Assembly (NCBI RefSeq): GCF_003704095.1 | Contig: NW_020845264.1 | Span: 806,001-870,000 of the forward strand | DNA length: 64,000 nucleotides | From: Pocillopora damicornis | Lineage: Eukaryota | Direction: 5' to 3' | In this document: in pieces, positions 11,921 to 38,071 of the stretch | How the letters are laid out: each line of letters starts with the position of its first letter | Position numbering within the stretch: the stretch's first letter is position 1 | Made by a program: the position numbers and the translations under genes | The notes under the pieces: model-generated | Told to the model about the DNA's origin: nothing | The model's database searches: none | Seen by the model: the letters and a program-made list of their open reading frames with translations, nothing else

Positions 11921-14347
11921 CTGTAACCAAAAGTGGTTCTAGCATTTAGACATTGTGTTGTTACCACTGTTTAGAAAAAGAACAATCAAGTCATGGGATA
12001 GTACCTACTTTGTACAAAATTAAGTTTGCGCTGTGTTTCCTCGTTACCTACTGAAAAATAAACTAATTCAATTTGCAGAAATTAAGTCAAGGTTTGCTTC
12101 AGTTCCCATATCCATATACCTTGTGCATACAATAGAATTTTCCTCACCCTTTAGTGTGCATTGGTGTATCAAGCATTTCATTGTCAGGTTTGTGATCTAT
12201 AAGTGGATTTAAAGGCATCCATTGTGAACCTTAGATTCCACAACTTCTGCAGGCAGCATACTGTAATAAATGAACAGACTTTTGCCTTAATGTATAAGAC
12301 AATTTTCCTTGCTTCTGAAGTTCAATTTTGCTCAGTTAAAGAGGGGACCATAGCCTCTTTCAGCACTAACCTCATCTGAAGGAAAAGAGTTAATTGGGTT
12401 TAGTGATTAAAGCAACATTTAAGGTTCTAGAGCAAAGGACATAGTCCCACACAAAAAAGTGTATGAATGGATTGTGTGATGTGGAAAAATGAAGGGGAAA
12501 AGAAAATCCATTCAAATCAGTTCAGTGAGTTTGGTGAAACAAGATACACAGATATAAAGATAGAAAGTGGATGAGACAGTTGTACAAAGCAACCTTGACA
12601 GATAAAAAGGTTTCAAATTTTATTCAATTTAATTCCCAAATTTACTAGAATTTAGTTCAAAGCAGGTTCTATTTTAATCCTAACACAAAAAGTACTCCAA
12701 TAGAGCACATATTAAACATTTCTCTGACAGTAACACAGAATAACTTTAGTGTACAGCCATCTTACATTTGCATTAAGTAAATATGTCTCTAATGTAAATT
12801 ATTTCCAAAATTAGAATCTTTGTAACTGAGGTCATTAATCAGATCTCAATTATTCTAACAATCTTCAACAAATTTTAACATTAATGTAAAATATAACTTT
12901 CATCATAATAATATAGAGACTTAGTACACCTTAACTACTAGTACAAGACTTCCCAATTAGTAATGAGCAAATTCAACTATGTCTCTAACATTTTTGCAAG
13001 AAGTGAGAGGCACTAACTTAAGGGGAATGCTTCATTGCATGATGCTAATTCTAATACATTAAACACCTAATAATCTCTTGTAAAGTCTTTACTTCGCAAT
13101 ATGTATGGACACAGTACTCTCAATGAAAGAATATTAAAATAGAATAATAGTAACTTAGACTAAACTGTGCAATTTTTGACTAGTAATCAATCCATCGAGT
13201 GGTTCTAATAAATTGAACAATGCATCAGGGAAAAAAAGAAAATTAATGTAAGTCTTCTTAGAAAATAAAGAATAAAACAACATCAATTTAGAGACCTTTA
13301 GACACAAAAAGAGAAACATGAGATGAGAGTGATGAGAATTACTCAAACTTGGGCTGTAGTTGCTTAAGGTCCACAATGTCATACAGCAATTAAATTGTAG
13401 GCAGTGGATAAAGCTGATTGTTTTGTTGTTGTTGTTATTATTATTATTATTACAGGTTCTAGATAAACAATTTTTAAAAGGTGGACACTGATGCCCAAAC
13501 TGGAATTAGGGTCAGAAAAATTTCATTAAGTGCAAATACAAACATACTACATTGTATGCCAGATTGGAATTGATCTGCAAAAATGTACCAAACATAAAAA
13601 TGATTAAAATTTTTGTGACAATCAGACTCTAGTATTTCAAGGAACTGCAATAAACAGGGATGATGAACCCAACCCTTGAATTCTTACCAGCAAAAACAAC
13701 CAACTACAATCATATTTTATACAGCATATGAATCTGCAGACAAATTTTGTTGCAATGCAAACTTAAAAATGAAAGGCAGCGCTATTTGCTTCTGTTAGTT
13801 AGGTGACATTGGTTATGAAAAAGATGCAACATGGTGGTGCAACAACTGAGCGTGTCTTGGCAGGAAAAGCTTATGTCTACAACTAAGTAATGACACCACA
13901 TTAAAAAGGATTAAGCTTGGATTTTACTCAAAACATACAATTTAACTGACTACCAAAAGAAAGAAACAACATATTAAACTTTTACAAATAGACATACGTG
14001 ATGAAAGAATTTTCCTATTTAATATATTATTAAAGCAAATAGCTTTTACTAAGGGTTAATATTCAACGAAGATGAAATTTTACAAAATGACAGATACCCC
14101 ATTCTCTCTTTTTGTTAATTGATGTGTTCAGATATAAGTCAGTAAGCATGTTTGTGAAGTTTTAGTTTTGACTTCATTCTGAGAAATATTTGCTAAAAGC
14201 AACAGGGGACTTTTCCTGTGTTTTAATGGTCTCATCCAAACACTTGAGGTTGAAAGAATTCTTCTGTGTGTCAACATTCGACATAACTACCTAAAATTCC
14301 CCTAAACCCAAACCATTCCACAAAGATTATATTCCATCACTTATATA

Positions 14348-16898
14348 TTAAACAGGGCTGTGTAAAACTGCAACCCCTGCTGCAGCCCGACATCTTGTCA
14401 TAGGAACTACATCTTCCCATTGGTCATTTCTTGGATCATAGGCCTCCACTGTGTTAAGATATGATGGACCATCAATACCTCCAACGGCATAAACCCAGCA
14501 ACCATAGGTCATTACACAAACACCATCACGACATGAATTGAGAGGAGCAACTTCTATCCATGCATTCTTACGGGGTTCAAACATCTCAACTATATCAAGC
14601 CTTGATGCACCATCAAAACCACCAATAGCATAGATGTAACCATCTAAAGCTGCAGCTCCAATCCCAGCCCTGGGCCGACTCATAGGGGGTAGAACAGTCC
14701 ATCTGTTTGTATGAGGATCATAGCATTCAATTGAGTTGAGGAATGAGACTCCATCGTTACCACCAATCACAAAGATGCGGTCTCCAAGCTGTGCCACTCC
14801 TGTTTGAACAAGAACTCTTATTATCCATAGCAACAATGGTCTATCTTGTATACACTTGACAATCTAGATACTATATCAAAAAGTTCAATATTTTGCATCT
14901 TGACACTAAATCAGCCAAATATTCATTAAATTAAACTTGAATGGATAATTAATATGAAATTTTCACCCTTTCTGGATGGTCACAAACAACCATTGCAATA
15001 AAAGGAACTGTGAAGGAATCTGTTACATACCAGGGAAGCTGCGGGTAATATTTGTAGGTGCAACAAAACTCCAGATATCAACCAGTGGGTCATATCTTTC
15101 AACTGTTTTTAAACATGATCGCCCATCATAACCACCCATTGCATACATTGCTTCACCAAGAACACCAACTCCAACACCAGAGCGACTAGTATTAAGTGCC
15201 TTGACATACATCCACTGGTTTGTCTCTAATGAAAAGCGTTCCACTGTGCTCAAACGCGAATACCCATCTGAACCACCAACAGCATACAGGAAGCCTCCTA
15301 AACTTCCAGTACCAAGTTGTTGCCTTGGGACATTAAGTGGTGGGGCTTGCTGCCAAATGTTTGTTTGTAAACTGGTGATAAGGGAAAGAAATGACACAAA
15401 TATTGTCCACTAATCAACCATGCATGCATACAGCTTTAACCATGCACTTCCCATATTTGAGTAGAAGCTTTAATTTATCTGTACATTGCAGTAAGAGAAC
15501 TATTTACAATTTAACGATCTTAAGAAGAGAACCAGTATATGAACCTGTTGGCCAATAAAAAGAAGAGGGAAAAATTTTTTTTTCATTTACATCCTTCAGA
15601 CATGCCAGGGTGATTTTGATCACACCTCTCTCAAGGTGTAAATTTTACTTGGCTAGAAAATTATCTCCTCTTGAAGAATGCCAAAATTTTATCCTAACAA
15701 AGACATTGTTCCAAATAATAAAGATCTGGTTTTAAAAGAGAAAGAACCTTTAATCCTGACTGTTCCAGCCTGTTTTGATAAATAAATGTTTCAGATATTC
15801 GGCTTTGCTCGAGTTGGAAGTTAATATTTTTACAATAAAAAACAAAAAAAGAAAAAAGAAAAACTAAAATATACAGCGGCTGTATATACAGACGCTGTTG
15901 AACTTAAGTTAAACTTTAACTTCAGATGAGTGCCATCAATCAATGACTAAAAGGTAGTCGGTAACCTACCTGTAGCACTCCACTGTATTTGAAATAGTTT
16001 CCCCGGCTTCTTTTCCTCCAACCGCATACAATGTTCCCATCATAGATTTTCTGGGTTTCATACGATCTGTGCGAAACAGTCCTCGCTGCTCAGGTATCAG
16101 ATGATACTTCTTCGCTTCATCCAATAAATCTCTACATTTCAAATTGGAGCGTATCAAGTTGTCTGCATCAATTCGGTCCAGGAGGTAATGTTTTGAAATC
16201 AAAGGCATTCGAACGAACTCTATCAAATGAGGGAGTTGTTTCACGCGATTGTTTAGGTCATGCTTTACCCAAGACATAACAGCTTCATACACTTCCTCTT
16301 CAGCAATTATGTTCAAGTCATCGCTTGAGACCACTTTCACCAGTAACTCACTCGGTAGCAAAGCATATTCCTCTGATTTCATAACATCCCGAAAGTTTTC
16401 CAACACAAAATTGTCCACAACTTCCAGGAAATTAGTACAGCCATGAGTTTCCGTAAATTTCCTGATTCCCAAGCAGTTCGAAGGATCCAACTGTGTTTCC
16501 AAAAATTGACAGCATAAATCTCGCACTTCGTGAAATTGCACCAACGATGCCGTTGACAATATGGTTTGTACATTTTCAACATTGACATCAAGCTTTCCCG
16601 TGTAAGCAAAATCCACTAACATTTGGATCACAGAGGCGTCTATATCTTTCATGGTAATAACTTTTTGTCGGCTCTCGACCAGATCGCTCGTAAACATGGC
16701 GTAGAAGTACGAACTGCAGGCTGCCAATACCGCCCTGTGAGTTGGAATATGTTCGTCTCCAATTTTAAGAACGACATCACACAGCTTAAGGCAATCTTTC
16801 CTGTGTTTGTTCATTGTTTCCAGAACGCGGACACTGTGTGACAAGGACGAAAAACGAGACGAAACATCCCAGTCCACAGGTCTTCCCGCGACATCCAT
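14348..16898 (-). CDS. BTB-BACK-Kelch protein (KLHL20/diablo-like); exons ~16898-15970, 15371-15031, 14799-14348
   Basis: BTB (LCDVVL..HRAVLAACSSYFYAMF), BACK (LDPSNCLGIR), six Kelch repeats with GG..Y..W. Confidence 0.9.
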
Positions 16899-17363
16899 GG
16901 TCCTGATTTGTTAGGAATGTCATCTAATTGTTTCTCGTCGTGGGTAGTAGGTTCGTGAGGCCTGGGCCTTAGTTTAAAGAGAGGTTCTGTCGTCGTTACA
17001 CAACATTTTACACCACATATTCTAAGGTCAGATGTTTAGCCGCTGGCTCCTAACCGCTCGGGACCACTCGTGCACACTCCGCCTAGTTTTTTTTCCGCGT
17101 TGAATGGATTAGTTCTTGTGCTAAGTATTGCTATTACGACTATGAGACAGAATTTCTAATCACGTTACTTTACGCCGAGCTGAGGGGGGAATCCCTCCGT
17201 CAGTTGTTCCGGTTAAGAGATTTATAGAAAACGAGCTGCAGGCAAATATTGAAGGTAAGATAAGATATGCTCTTTTATTTACCATATTTGTGAGTCAGTG
17301 TCAGAGTTAAATTTCTCACATGGAATGTTTTATATTACTTCATCCAAAGATCCGACGAGAGTC

Positions 17364-20300
17364 ATGTCCAGTTCACCCAAAGGAGGTTAGGAAATCAAAC
17401 AACTCTTAAAGACAGAGTTCTTTTTATCCATCACGCGAGTTATAGCTTGCCCTGTGCATTAATGCTCTTATACATAAACAAATATATGCAGCCTGCTTCA
17501 AACATAATGTGTTGTTCTTAATTATTTTACAAAGGAATTAATCCAGACGCATAATTGATTTCAGCTAAATGGTTGCTTCAGAAAATGAGAGATTTATTCC
17601 ACTTTGATTTACACTAAAGAAGCTCTACTTTTAGTGAAGCTATGATTATCTAGACAGGTAGTAAAATTTGTGTTTCTTAATTTTCACTTTCTCCTATCAA
17701 TTATCTTATCTTTTGGCCTCATGTCTGAGATGATATGCAAGATTTAGTGCAACAGGCAAGGTACAAAATAATGGAATAGCTAAACATGCACTTTAGTAAA
17801 GTGCTCAATGGCTGTTGAAATTTGATATTTATGGCCTAATTACTTACATTTGATACCTTCAATAATTACCATTACTTTTTAAAAATTATTTGTGCTCTGA
17901 AGTGTACTCTAATGCAGTCACAGCTGTGGGTTTTCTATGTTCTGTTTAAACTGGTATTCAGGTAGCAAACATATCATTTATGACCTTGTGTTTCATTAGT
18001 TTGGAAGTGTAGGCTGGAAAGTGCATTACATACAAGGTCATTCTGAAAATTGTTACCTGTGTAGTGAATCTGAAGTCTCACTTTGTTAATTACAGGAAAG
18101 AAAGGGAAAAAACAAAAGCCTAGTAAATTTGATTTTACAAAAAGTCATCCATCACCTACCACATCCCCATCGTAAGTGCTATTTAAGGTTTATTTTGCAT
18201 TCTTGTGACACAGCATGTCCAAGTTGTTGCTAGCAAAGCCCGAATCAGATGTAGCAAATAATAATTCATTAGAGTTCACTAATTAATGATTAGTCAGCAG
18301 ACCCTTAAAGGCTACCCCTTGTTATTTTAGATAACAGATTGAATGATCATCTTTGCCTAGGTTAGGGTTAGAAGTTTTAACCCTTTAACTCTTAGATCAA
18401 ATTTTTTCTCCTCACTGTCAACATAATTCTTATAATGTTAGTTGAGAGAATTAAGTATTGGATCAACTAATGATCCCCAAATTGATATTTTTCTTTATTC
18501 TCATTACTTATGTGGTTGATAGTGTATTAATATTGTAAGGAGAAATTCTCTCTTGGTCACTCATGGGAGTTAAAGGGTTGAACCAACTTCGGCATGTTTT
18601 ATTTATTTTTGGATTAACTTAAACAATATTGATCAAAATATATTTGTTGGTAGATATTTATTGTTAGATTATAGAAGATCACCTCAAAAGTCAGCTATTT
18701 ACTTTGAATAACTGAGTACTTGGTTCATCCTACCTAATTTTCAGCACCACTCCACCCAGGAATTTGAGTGATAAAGCTACACTTACTGTTAATGGCAAGG
18801 TTGGTACTTTGTCACTAATTGATCAACAGTCTAGAAGTTTTCTTGTTCTCTTTCTCTCTTTCTGTAAGTTATTATGAATATTCTCTAGGCAGGAAAATCT
18901 GAAATTGCATCATAATGGACACTACACAAGCAATTACTCAGGAAAATACCCCAAGGTATTAACAAAACAGAGGTAGTTTTTCTGACCATTTTATGGTACA
19001 TCAGAGGTAGACAATATTTCTTGTTCTTTTTATGCTTATTACAGGACTTTGAATGTAATGCAGATGATTTAAAGGAAATAAAGGAGCTAGGACATGGAGC
19101 ATATGGTTTTGTTTACAAAATGCAACATCAACCAACAGGATTTATAATGGCTGTCAAAGTAAGTGTAAAATACTTTTTCCAGTTTTAGAATAATTTTACT
19201 GAGGTTCCTCAGTAGTGTTCTTCAATCCTGCAATCTCAACTAAATTTTCCATCGCAATCCTGGCCAATTATACTAACCAATCCCAATTCTGACAAAAAAA
19301 TTCTTGTTTTAGTCCATTACCTAAACTCAAAAGGGCCTTTTTATTAGCTCTTGATATTCTTTACCAGCATTGATTCATTGAAGTCTCTAGTCACTGTAAG
19401 GCAAAAGTTTATCTCTTTTGACCAAAAATTTTGCTCGTTTTATTAGTTTTCAAATTTTTGCACAAATAACATTGGCTAGTCATGGTAACAAGTTCCTCTA
19501 ATTCAACTTTAATAATAATTCTAATAATTTTATTTACCCTACAAAATTGACCAGCTAGTACCATAATAAAAGCTGGTATCAACCAATGTGTAGCTATATA
19601 TAAAAAATAAAAACCCTTTAACTTCTATCTCAATAAATAATTCTTAAAAAAATTATTATAATACCTTGAAATATAAACCTAAAATATATTTAAATATATT
19701 TATATTTAAATAGTATATTTATATTATTTTAAATATAAATATTAAAATTTAAAATATCAACAACTAGAAAAAAATCAACTAAAAATTAAACCTAAATTAG
19801 CAAGCTACAATGAAATTTAACATCTAAATCTCTAAAACAACCATATAACTCAGTCTTTAACCTCTTCAAAAAGTTTATATCTCTAATGTACTTAGTAAAA
19901 CTATCTTCTGCAGCGGAATACTGAAAAATGGTTCGGCCAGTATTTGTTTTGACCTTGGGAAGATGCAATAAAGTCTTGCGTAAATTTCTTTTATGAATAT
20001 GAGATCTATATATAAGATAATCTGCCAGTTGATACGGGCAACTAATATTATGTACAATCTTAAAAGACAATATCTCAGATTTTGAAAAACCTACTGGGAC
20101 CCTCTTTACTAGTAATATGAATTTTTTTATAATTTAATTTATTTTATTATCATCAGAGAATACGTGCCAATGTAAATTCAACAGAGCAGAAAAGGCTTTT
20201 GATGGATTTGGATGTGTCGATGAGAGTAACTGACTGCCCTTACACTGTACATTTTTATGGAGCACTGTTTAGAGAGGTATGACTCAAAGGGTAATACTTA

Positions 20301-23219
20301 CACTTGACCTTAACAATTCCTGCTGCTCTGGAGCTTGTCTTTGTTCTATTAGAACTGTCCAATTTGATTCATTTTGACAAATATTGGACAATTCATTATG
20401 CCAGATGTTGTTCAATTAAATGAGAGGACCTATTTATTCACCAGGGAGATGTCTGGATTTGTATGGAGCTCATGAAAGCATCACTAGACAAACTTTACAA
20501 AAAAGTTTATGCCACTCCTGGCCGAAGGGTGCTTGAAGAAGTCCTACGGGAAATAGCCATTGCTGTAAGTTTTGACAGATTTACTCTCTCCTAAGCTATG
20601 CACAACATGGTTATTGTGAAGGCTGTGTTGTAATTGTAACTGGAGATATCAGAATTTTCTTTCAGATGATAAATTGCTGCTGTAACAGTCAATGTGCTGT
20701 CTATAACAGATATGGTATTCTTGTTGATAATTATTTTGATTGAGTTAGGAGCTTATAATAAATGATGGCGCTAAATTTGACACCACCCCCACCTGCCTCT
20801 TACAAGTACAAAAAAATTCATATTTGAAATAATTATGTTTTATTTACTGACACACAGATGGTCCATGCATTAAATTATCTTCACAGTAAACTGCATGTAA
20901 TCCACAGAGGTAAGCACTTGATTTATCATTAGTTTTCCTTAATATTTTTTACCATATTTTTTTATTTTGATTAAAACACCAAAATGCTCTTCCATGTTTT
21001 CCTGCTATGATAGCCCCTTCAGAAAGTTGAAAGAACTTGTAATGAAAAAAGTTTGTAAATCATGAAGAAAGTGATAAACAGCTTTTCTTTAGAATATGTT
21101 ACTTTGATTTTGGGTTAAGTTTTTGTAACAATAATGAATGATTTACAATAATGTTTGTAGGAGATCAGTTAAAGTTTTCTCTTGAGCCTATGGTCCTTGA
21201 TTTTGTGGCAAAAGTAAACCTTCAGCATTTTGTCTTATTTTTCTGATTGACTGACCAGCATTGCTTATAATGGGTGTATAAAATAATCTTGGTGAGAGAG
21301 ATTAATGGTTATAGTAAAAGTGTCTTGCTTAAGAATTCAGGACAGTGAGTATTTGACAAGGGGTTCAATGTGATCCCAAGTCAAGGACACTAACCATTAT
21401 ATTCCATTGTACTTCCCACCTGATGTAGATCATAAGGTGAGCAACAACAACTACACCACAATTTTAATAGGGTGCCAAATTACAATCATCAAAGATTGTA
21501 TGCTCTTGTGGTCCAAAGAGTTAAACAAAAACTGAAATCACCACAGATTATTTCAATTGCTTTATTTATAGATGTGAAGCCTTCTAACATTTTAGTGGAT
21601 GAAAAAGGAAATTTTAAACTGTGTGATTTTGGAATAAGTGGTCAGCTGGTAGACTCACTGGCAAAAACTGTTGATGCAGGATGCAAACCTTACATGGCAG
21701 TAAGTATTTTTAAAATCACAAGTCACTCAAGAAAATGATATGTGCCTAGATGAGTTGTTCAAGGGCTAAATATGATAAATAGTATGGATTATGACATTTT
21801 TCTAATTTCTTTTTTTTAGCCTGAGAGAATCAACCCAGCCAAAAACATGGAAGGATATGATATTCGCTCTGACATTTGGAGCCTAGGAATCACTATGGTA
21901 ACTTATACATACTAAGTCTTGTGCTTCCCCCAAATCAATGCGGTACCCAATACATAAGGATACTTGCTCTTCCCTGAAACACCACAGTACCCAACATATA
22001 GTTTTACTAGCAAGTAAAACAATTGAAGAAAAAAAGCCTGAAGATTTTGTCGGGATTCAAACCTATACTACCCAGAAAGTGATTGTAGAGGCTCTATCCT
22101 GTTCTTTTAAACTTGGGATCAGATTTCTCTCTAGGATAGAAACAAACTAATTTTAAGTACCCAATAGCTACTTATGAGCAACAAATGAGAGGGATTGATT
22201 CAAGGATTCTAACTATGACTCCAAGGTTGTAAATAGTGGTCCTGTCTTTTACAGATAGAACTGGCAACTGGTAAATTTCCATACACTCAGTGGAAGACAC
22301 CATTTGAGCAGCTGAAACAAGTTGTTCATGAGCCTTCACCAACTCTTCCTGATGGGGAACCATACTCGGATGAATTAAGAGATTTTGTTGTTCAATGGTA
22401 ATTTTCAATTTTTGGCAAGCCATATAACCCTTTTTAATTTACCCTTTCACACTGGGATCTTAATCATAGTTTGATTCTCCTTACTGTTATTCATAAATAA
22501 CTTTAATATCATTTGTGAAAATTAGTTATGAAATCAGTTCAACTATTTGATATTATTTGAGGTCTTTGTTCTCATCTCCTAAAACCATTGGCAATGGTTG
22601 GCTGTATGGTATTCAGGTTAATCAAAGTAATCATTTAGCTAACAGGAGAAACTTCAGGGTTAATGTTGTTTTACCTTTAATTTGAATCTGCAGCTTACAG
22701 AAAGACTACAGTAAAAGGCCTAACTATGTCTCACTCATGGTAAGTAGACATATCTTAACGTCAAAAATTGTTAAGACAGCCATATATTCTTAAAATTTTA
22801 TTCACTTTGCATGCTGCATACTTGACTTTTTAGTGATCAAGGAATACATATTTTATAAACCTTTTGAGGTAATGGTTTTTCCATCATTTTGATAACTTTG
22901 TTAAATAAAAAACCATTAGTATGAAAGACATCACATGCTGTGGAAAAGTCATTAACAAGGTTTTTTCTTATAGATGTTTTTTTTGCAAAATTGATATTTA
23001 AATTTGTTGCTACCTTCTAGTTATCTCAGAAAAAGACTAAATTATTTAGAATGTATTGACAGATAATATAATTGTAATTTGTTTGTAGTCATAATTCCTT
23101 TTCTATTTTACCTTGACCAGGAGCATAATTTTGTAAAAGGAAATGGAACAGATGGTAGTTTTGACACCCAAAGTTGGATAACACCCATATTGCAAGAACT
23201 GGAACAGTCAAGTTTATAG
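17364..23219 (+). CDS. MAP2K6: MAP kinase kinase 3/6 (p38 activator); coding exons ~17364-17385, 18096-18171, 18746-18799, 19045-19158, 20156-20276, 20445-20564, 20858-20909, 21571-21699, 21820-21897, 22255-22397, 22693-22739, 23121-23219; probable non-coding first exon ending 17254
   Basis: TPPRNL, ELGHGAYG, MAVKRIR, EQKRLLMDLD, FYGALFREGDVWICMELM, HRDVKPSN, activation loop LVDSLAKTVDAGCKPYMA; basic N-terminal docking site. Confidence 0.9.
18381..18577. mobile_element. TTAA-type (piggyBac-like) MITE
   Basis: ttaa|CCCTTTAACTC...GAGTTAAAGGG|ttga terminal inverted repeats. Confidence 0.75.
19540..20085 (-). mobile_element. LINE (CR1/L2-like) 3' fragment with AT-rich tail
   Basis: ORF2 C-terminal-like peptide CPYQL..RNLR..LHLPKVKTNTGRTIFQYSAA. 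Confidence 0.6.
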
Positions 23220-24859
23220 TGAAGGGAGACTGTTTTTTGTTTGTTTGTTAGTTTTTTTTTTCTCTTATTCTCTGTTGTAAACTGGACAGAGTAAAAATAG
23301 CATTATTTGGCTCAGTTATTATGTGAAGGATTTTAAGAAGTACTTCCTTGTAATCCTTTTTTTTTTTAATTAAGAATTGTGGTATATAACATATATTGAC
23401 TGGGAACGTGAAAATGACTTATTGTAACAGAAAGGTGCATTTTAGATAAATCTGTCAAGATAATCCAATCTGCCAAATTTCAGATTCTCGTGTCTAACCA
23501 TTAAAAACATTGATCAAAGCCAGTTTCTGGAGGCTAACAAAAAAATGATATGTACTATCACAGGCTTTACTGACACATTCTTTGAATGAGGTGAAAAAGC
23601 TCAAAGCAGTGGGAAAAGAGAGAGGTCTTTCTTGGTGGATTCTCTCTTCTTAAACCCTCTGATTTCTCAAAATTGGATTGGCACTGTACATTTTGGTTGA
23701 CGTTTTGAATAGTTAGGGTTTTTTTGAAATTGAAAATACTGAACAAAAGATTCTTGATCTTGTTTCTTACACTTTGATACTAATATTTCCCAAATGTTCT
23801 CAAGCCATTGACACCAATTTTCAATGATTCTTTAAATTCTGTGTTAGGTATAATTTCCCTTTGATGAATTCCACTGAGCTTGATCCCTACTTTTCACTTG
23901 ATGTCAACATGTAAAGACGTGAATGACTACACAGATTGTCTTAAAGCAAGTGCACACACTAATAATCTTAAACTAGAATTCTAACTCTCCCATTCTGAGA
24001 TCAAGAACAAACCAATTCCAAATTACATGTGCTGGAAATATATTTTTTGTTATTTGATTGAAAAGGGTAAGAATATTCTTTCCATCTCCTTAACTTGGTT
24101 TTGAAATAATTTGAGGAAATTTTGTGAGTAGCTTTGAACTAGAAGGATCTTTTTGAACGACTTTCCAAAGGAAGGTAATTTGGAAGATTAGTTGTCTTCT
24201 TTCTTTCTAGTATAATACAAACTTTTAGACAGCCAAGATGCAATTGTTTTCCTTTTTGTGGTTTTAATTACTAAAACTTTCCCCAATTAAGAACAAATAT
24301 TACATTTTTAAGTCTTTTATTTGGTTTAGTACCCTCCTGCTAAATTCGAATGTTTAAATGGGAAGAATGGGGACTGCAATGGTTCCAATTTTTTACAAAG
24401 CAACCAGTGAATGTAAAATTATCTTCACTTACCATGTGCAGCTATTAATGAGCAAACAAAAATAAATGCCATTGGTTAATTATTTTAGAAGAAAAGATAA
24501 TATAGGGTAATCTCATACAGCTCTTAACCCTAAGGCCTTATTGTGTGTAAATCTGCGGTGTATAATCTCAGTCACCATCACTTGGTGATAATGCTGTAAT
24601 ATCTTTTGTTAGTGAAACTATCAATTTTACCAGCCAGTTACTGGCATCAAATTTCATGAGTGACAGATTCTACCCTTTGTTAAGGTAAAGCTGTAATTTA
24701 AATGTTTCCAGTGAAGGAGAGTGCAAAATGAACATAGTACAGTTTTATAGTTATTAGCTGCTGCCTTGCTTGATTCTTGGAACCATTTTCGTTGTTAAAA
24801 AACCCTTTCAGCTAATAATTCCATTCTGCTCTATTTGAAACCTGGTTGCCATCAGCAAT

Positions 24860-25175
24860 ATATTGGACGGCGGCGCGATTTTGAAATCATCAAAGGTATC
24901 CTACAGTTTACGTTAAGTTATACCGTGAACCCTAATCCTGTTCTACCTCTCCCCTACGTTGTGCCAATTCGCAGAAGAACGACTACGTAATAACATATTG
25001 ACCAATCAGGGACATTTCGTTAACAAGCCACATGGGTGTACGTCACTAAAATTTGCTATTCGGATATCTTTTTGCCGGCGACCCTTGAAATTTTTCGATC
25101 TCGAACCTTACTGCCTCTCGTTTGATCTTATCTTCGACTTGGAAGGCCTTGCGAACCCATACATATTAACAAATC
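24860..25175 (+). promoter_or_regulatory. CpG-rich promoter/5'UTR of the DEAD-box gene
   Basis: CCAAT boxes (ATTGG ~24863, CCAAT ~24964 and ~25002), CRE-like TACGTCA ~25039, pyrimidine-rich leader. Confidence 0.45.
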
Positions 25176-36858
<11,683 letters not shown>

Positions 36859-37344
36859 TCAAGAGCAAAGTTAAACCTACGTAACTTTCTACTGCTCTTC
36901 TTTGACATTTTATTGAATGATGGTTATTTGCTTTGAAATTAGTTTTCCTTTGATATCCACAAGTTCAGGCTGATGGGAACTCCATGTTCAGTTCTGATTT
37001 TAGCTTATCCTTTTCAGTTGCTATTTAGATGAATTTTTTTCTTATTAGAGGATAGTTCTGTGTATTAGAAAAATTACTCCATAAGCGTTTTAGAAGTAGA
37101 CTGTAGACTTAAACATTGTCAAGGATCAAAATAAATTTTCAGTCAACTGTGATTTTGTTTTTTCAGTCTTTCTCCAATTGTGTTTAAAGGTTGAGCATTC
37201 AAGTTCAAGGGTTGGGATGTGTTTTGAAGTGAAATCTGCAACTGCCTCGTAATTTTCAGTTTTCACGTGAATGGCATTGAACTTAACACTCATTTCCTTT
37301 TTCCCTGTTAAACTTTTGGTTAGGGAGTCGAGGGGAGGGAATAA

Positions 37345-37546
37345 CCGTTGAACTCCCATGAGTGACGCAGACAGAATTTCTCCTTAGAATATCAATACAA
37401 TATCAAGCAGGCAAGTGATAAGAATAAAGAGAATTAGTAATTGGGGATTATCAGTCGATCCAAGACCAAATTCTCCAAACAAACATCACAAGAACTATAT
37501 GGTAGACAATAAGTAGAATTACAAATGAAATCTTGGGGTTAAAGGG
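37345..37546. mobile_element. TTAA-type MITE (same family as 18381)
   Basis: ataa|CCGTTGAACTCCC...GGGGTTAAAGGG|ttaa. Confidence 0.7.
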
Positions 37547-38071
37547 TTAAGGGGTGCTTGCACCTAATCTTGAAAGTCAACTAAGTAATAATTTCACTTT
37601 AAAACTCTCGTCAACTAAACCTCTACAATTGTTTAAGAGAAAGAATGAGTGACATCGAGAACATCGATGATACGTCATCGAGCACAATTCCTAATTACAG
37701 AGTCAAACTTACCAGTATACGGTGGTCATTGTTTAGAAATACTGCATCTATTGTGGATGTGAATTGTAAGGTTGATTGTGAACTTTGTCTTTCCCCGATA
37801 TTTTAAATGTCATCGTTGGTTGTGGGAACGAATTTTGCAGCACTCGGTCCCTAGACTTGTTTAGGCACTTTGGTTCACCCAACCTGCATGGGGGCTACAG
37901 GAGGCAAGGTTCTTCCTGTAATGTCTCCGCCATCCACACAAGTCTTCTCTGGTCATCAGCATCACCATGATGCTGTTAATCTTGAGAACTGACCGTGAAA
38001 TCCCTGGGAACGAGTTACGTAGGAATCTCTCCGAAATATCTGTAGATATATTTTCAGAACCGGTTCTGACG

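Noticed and set aside
37967-38071. N-terminal ORF extensions of the GSTs (also 41001-41126)
   Set aside because: They cross a tttcag acceptor, and paralogue similarity starts only at the downstream ATG
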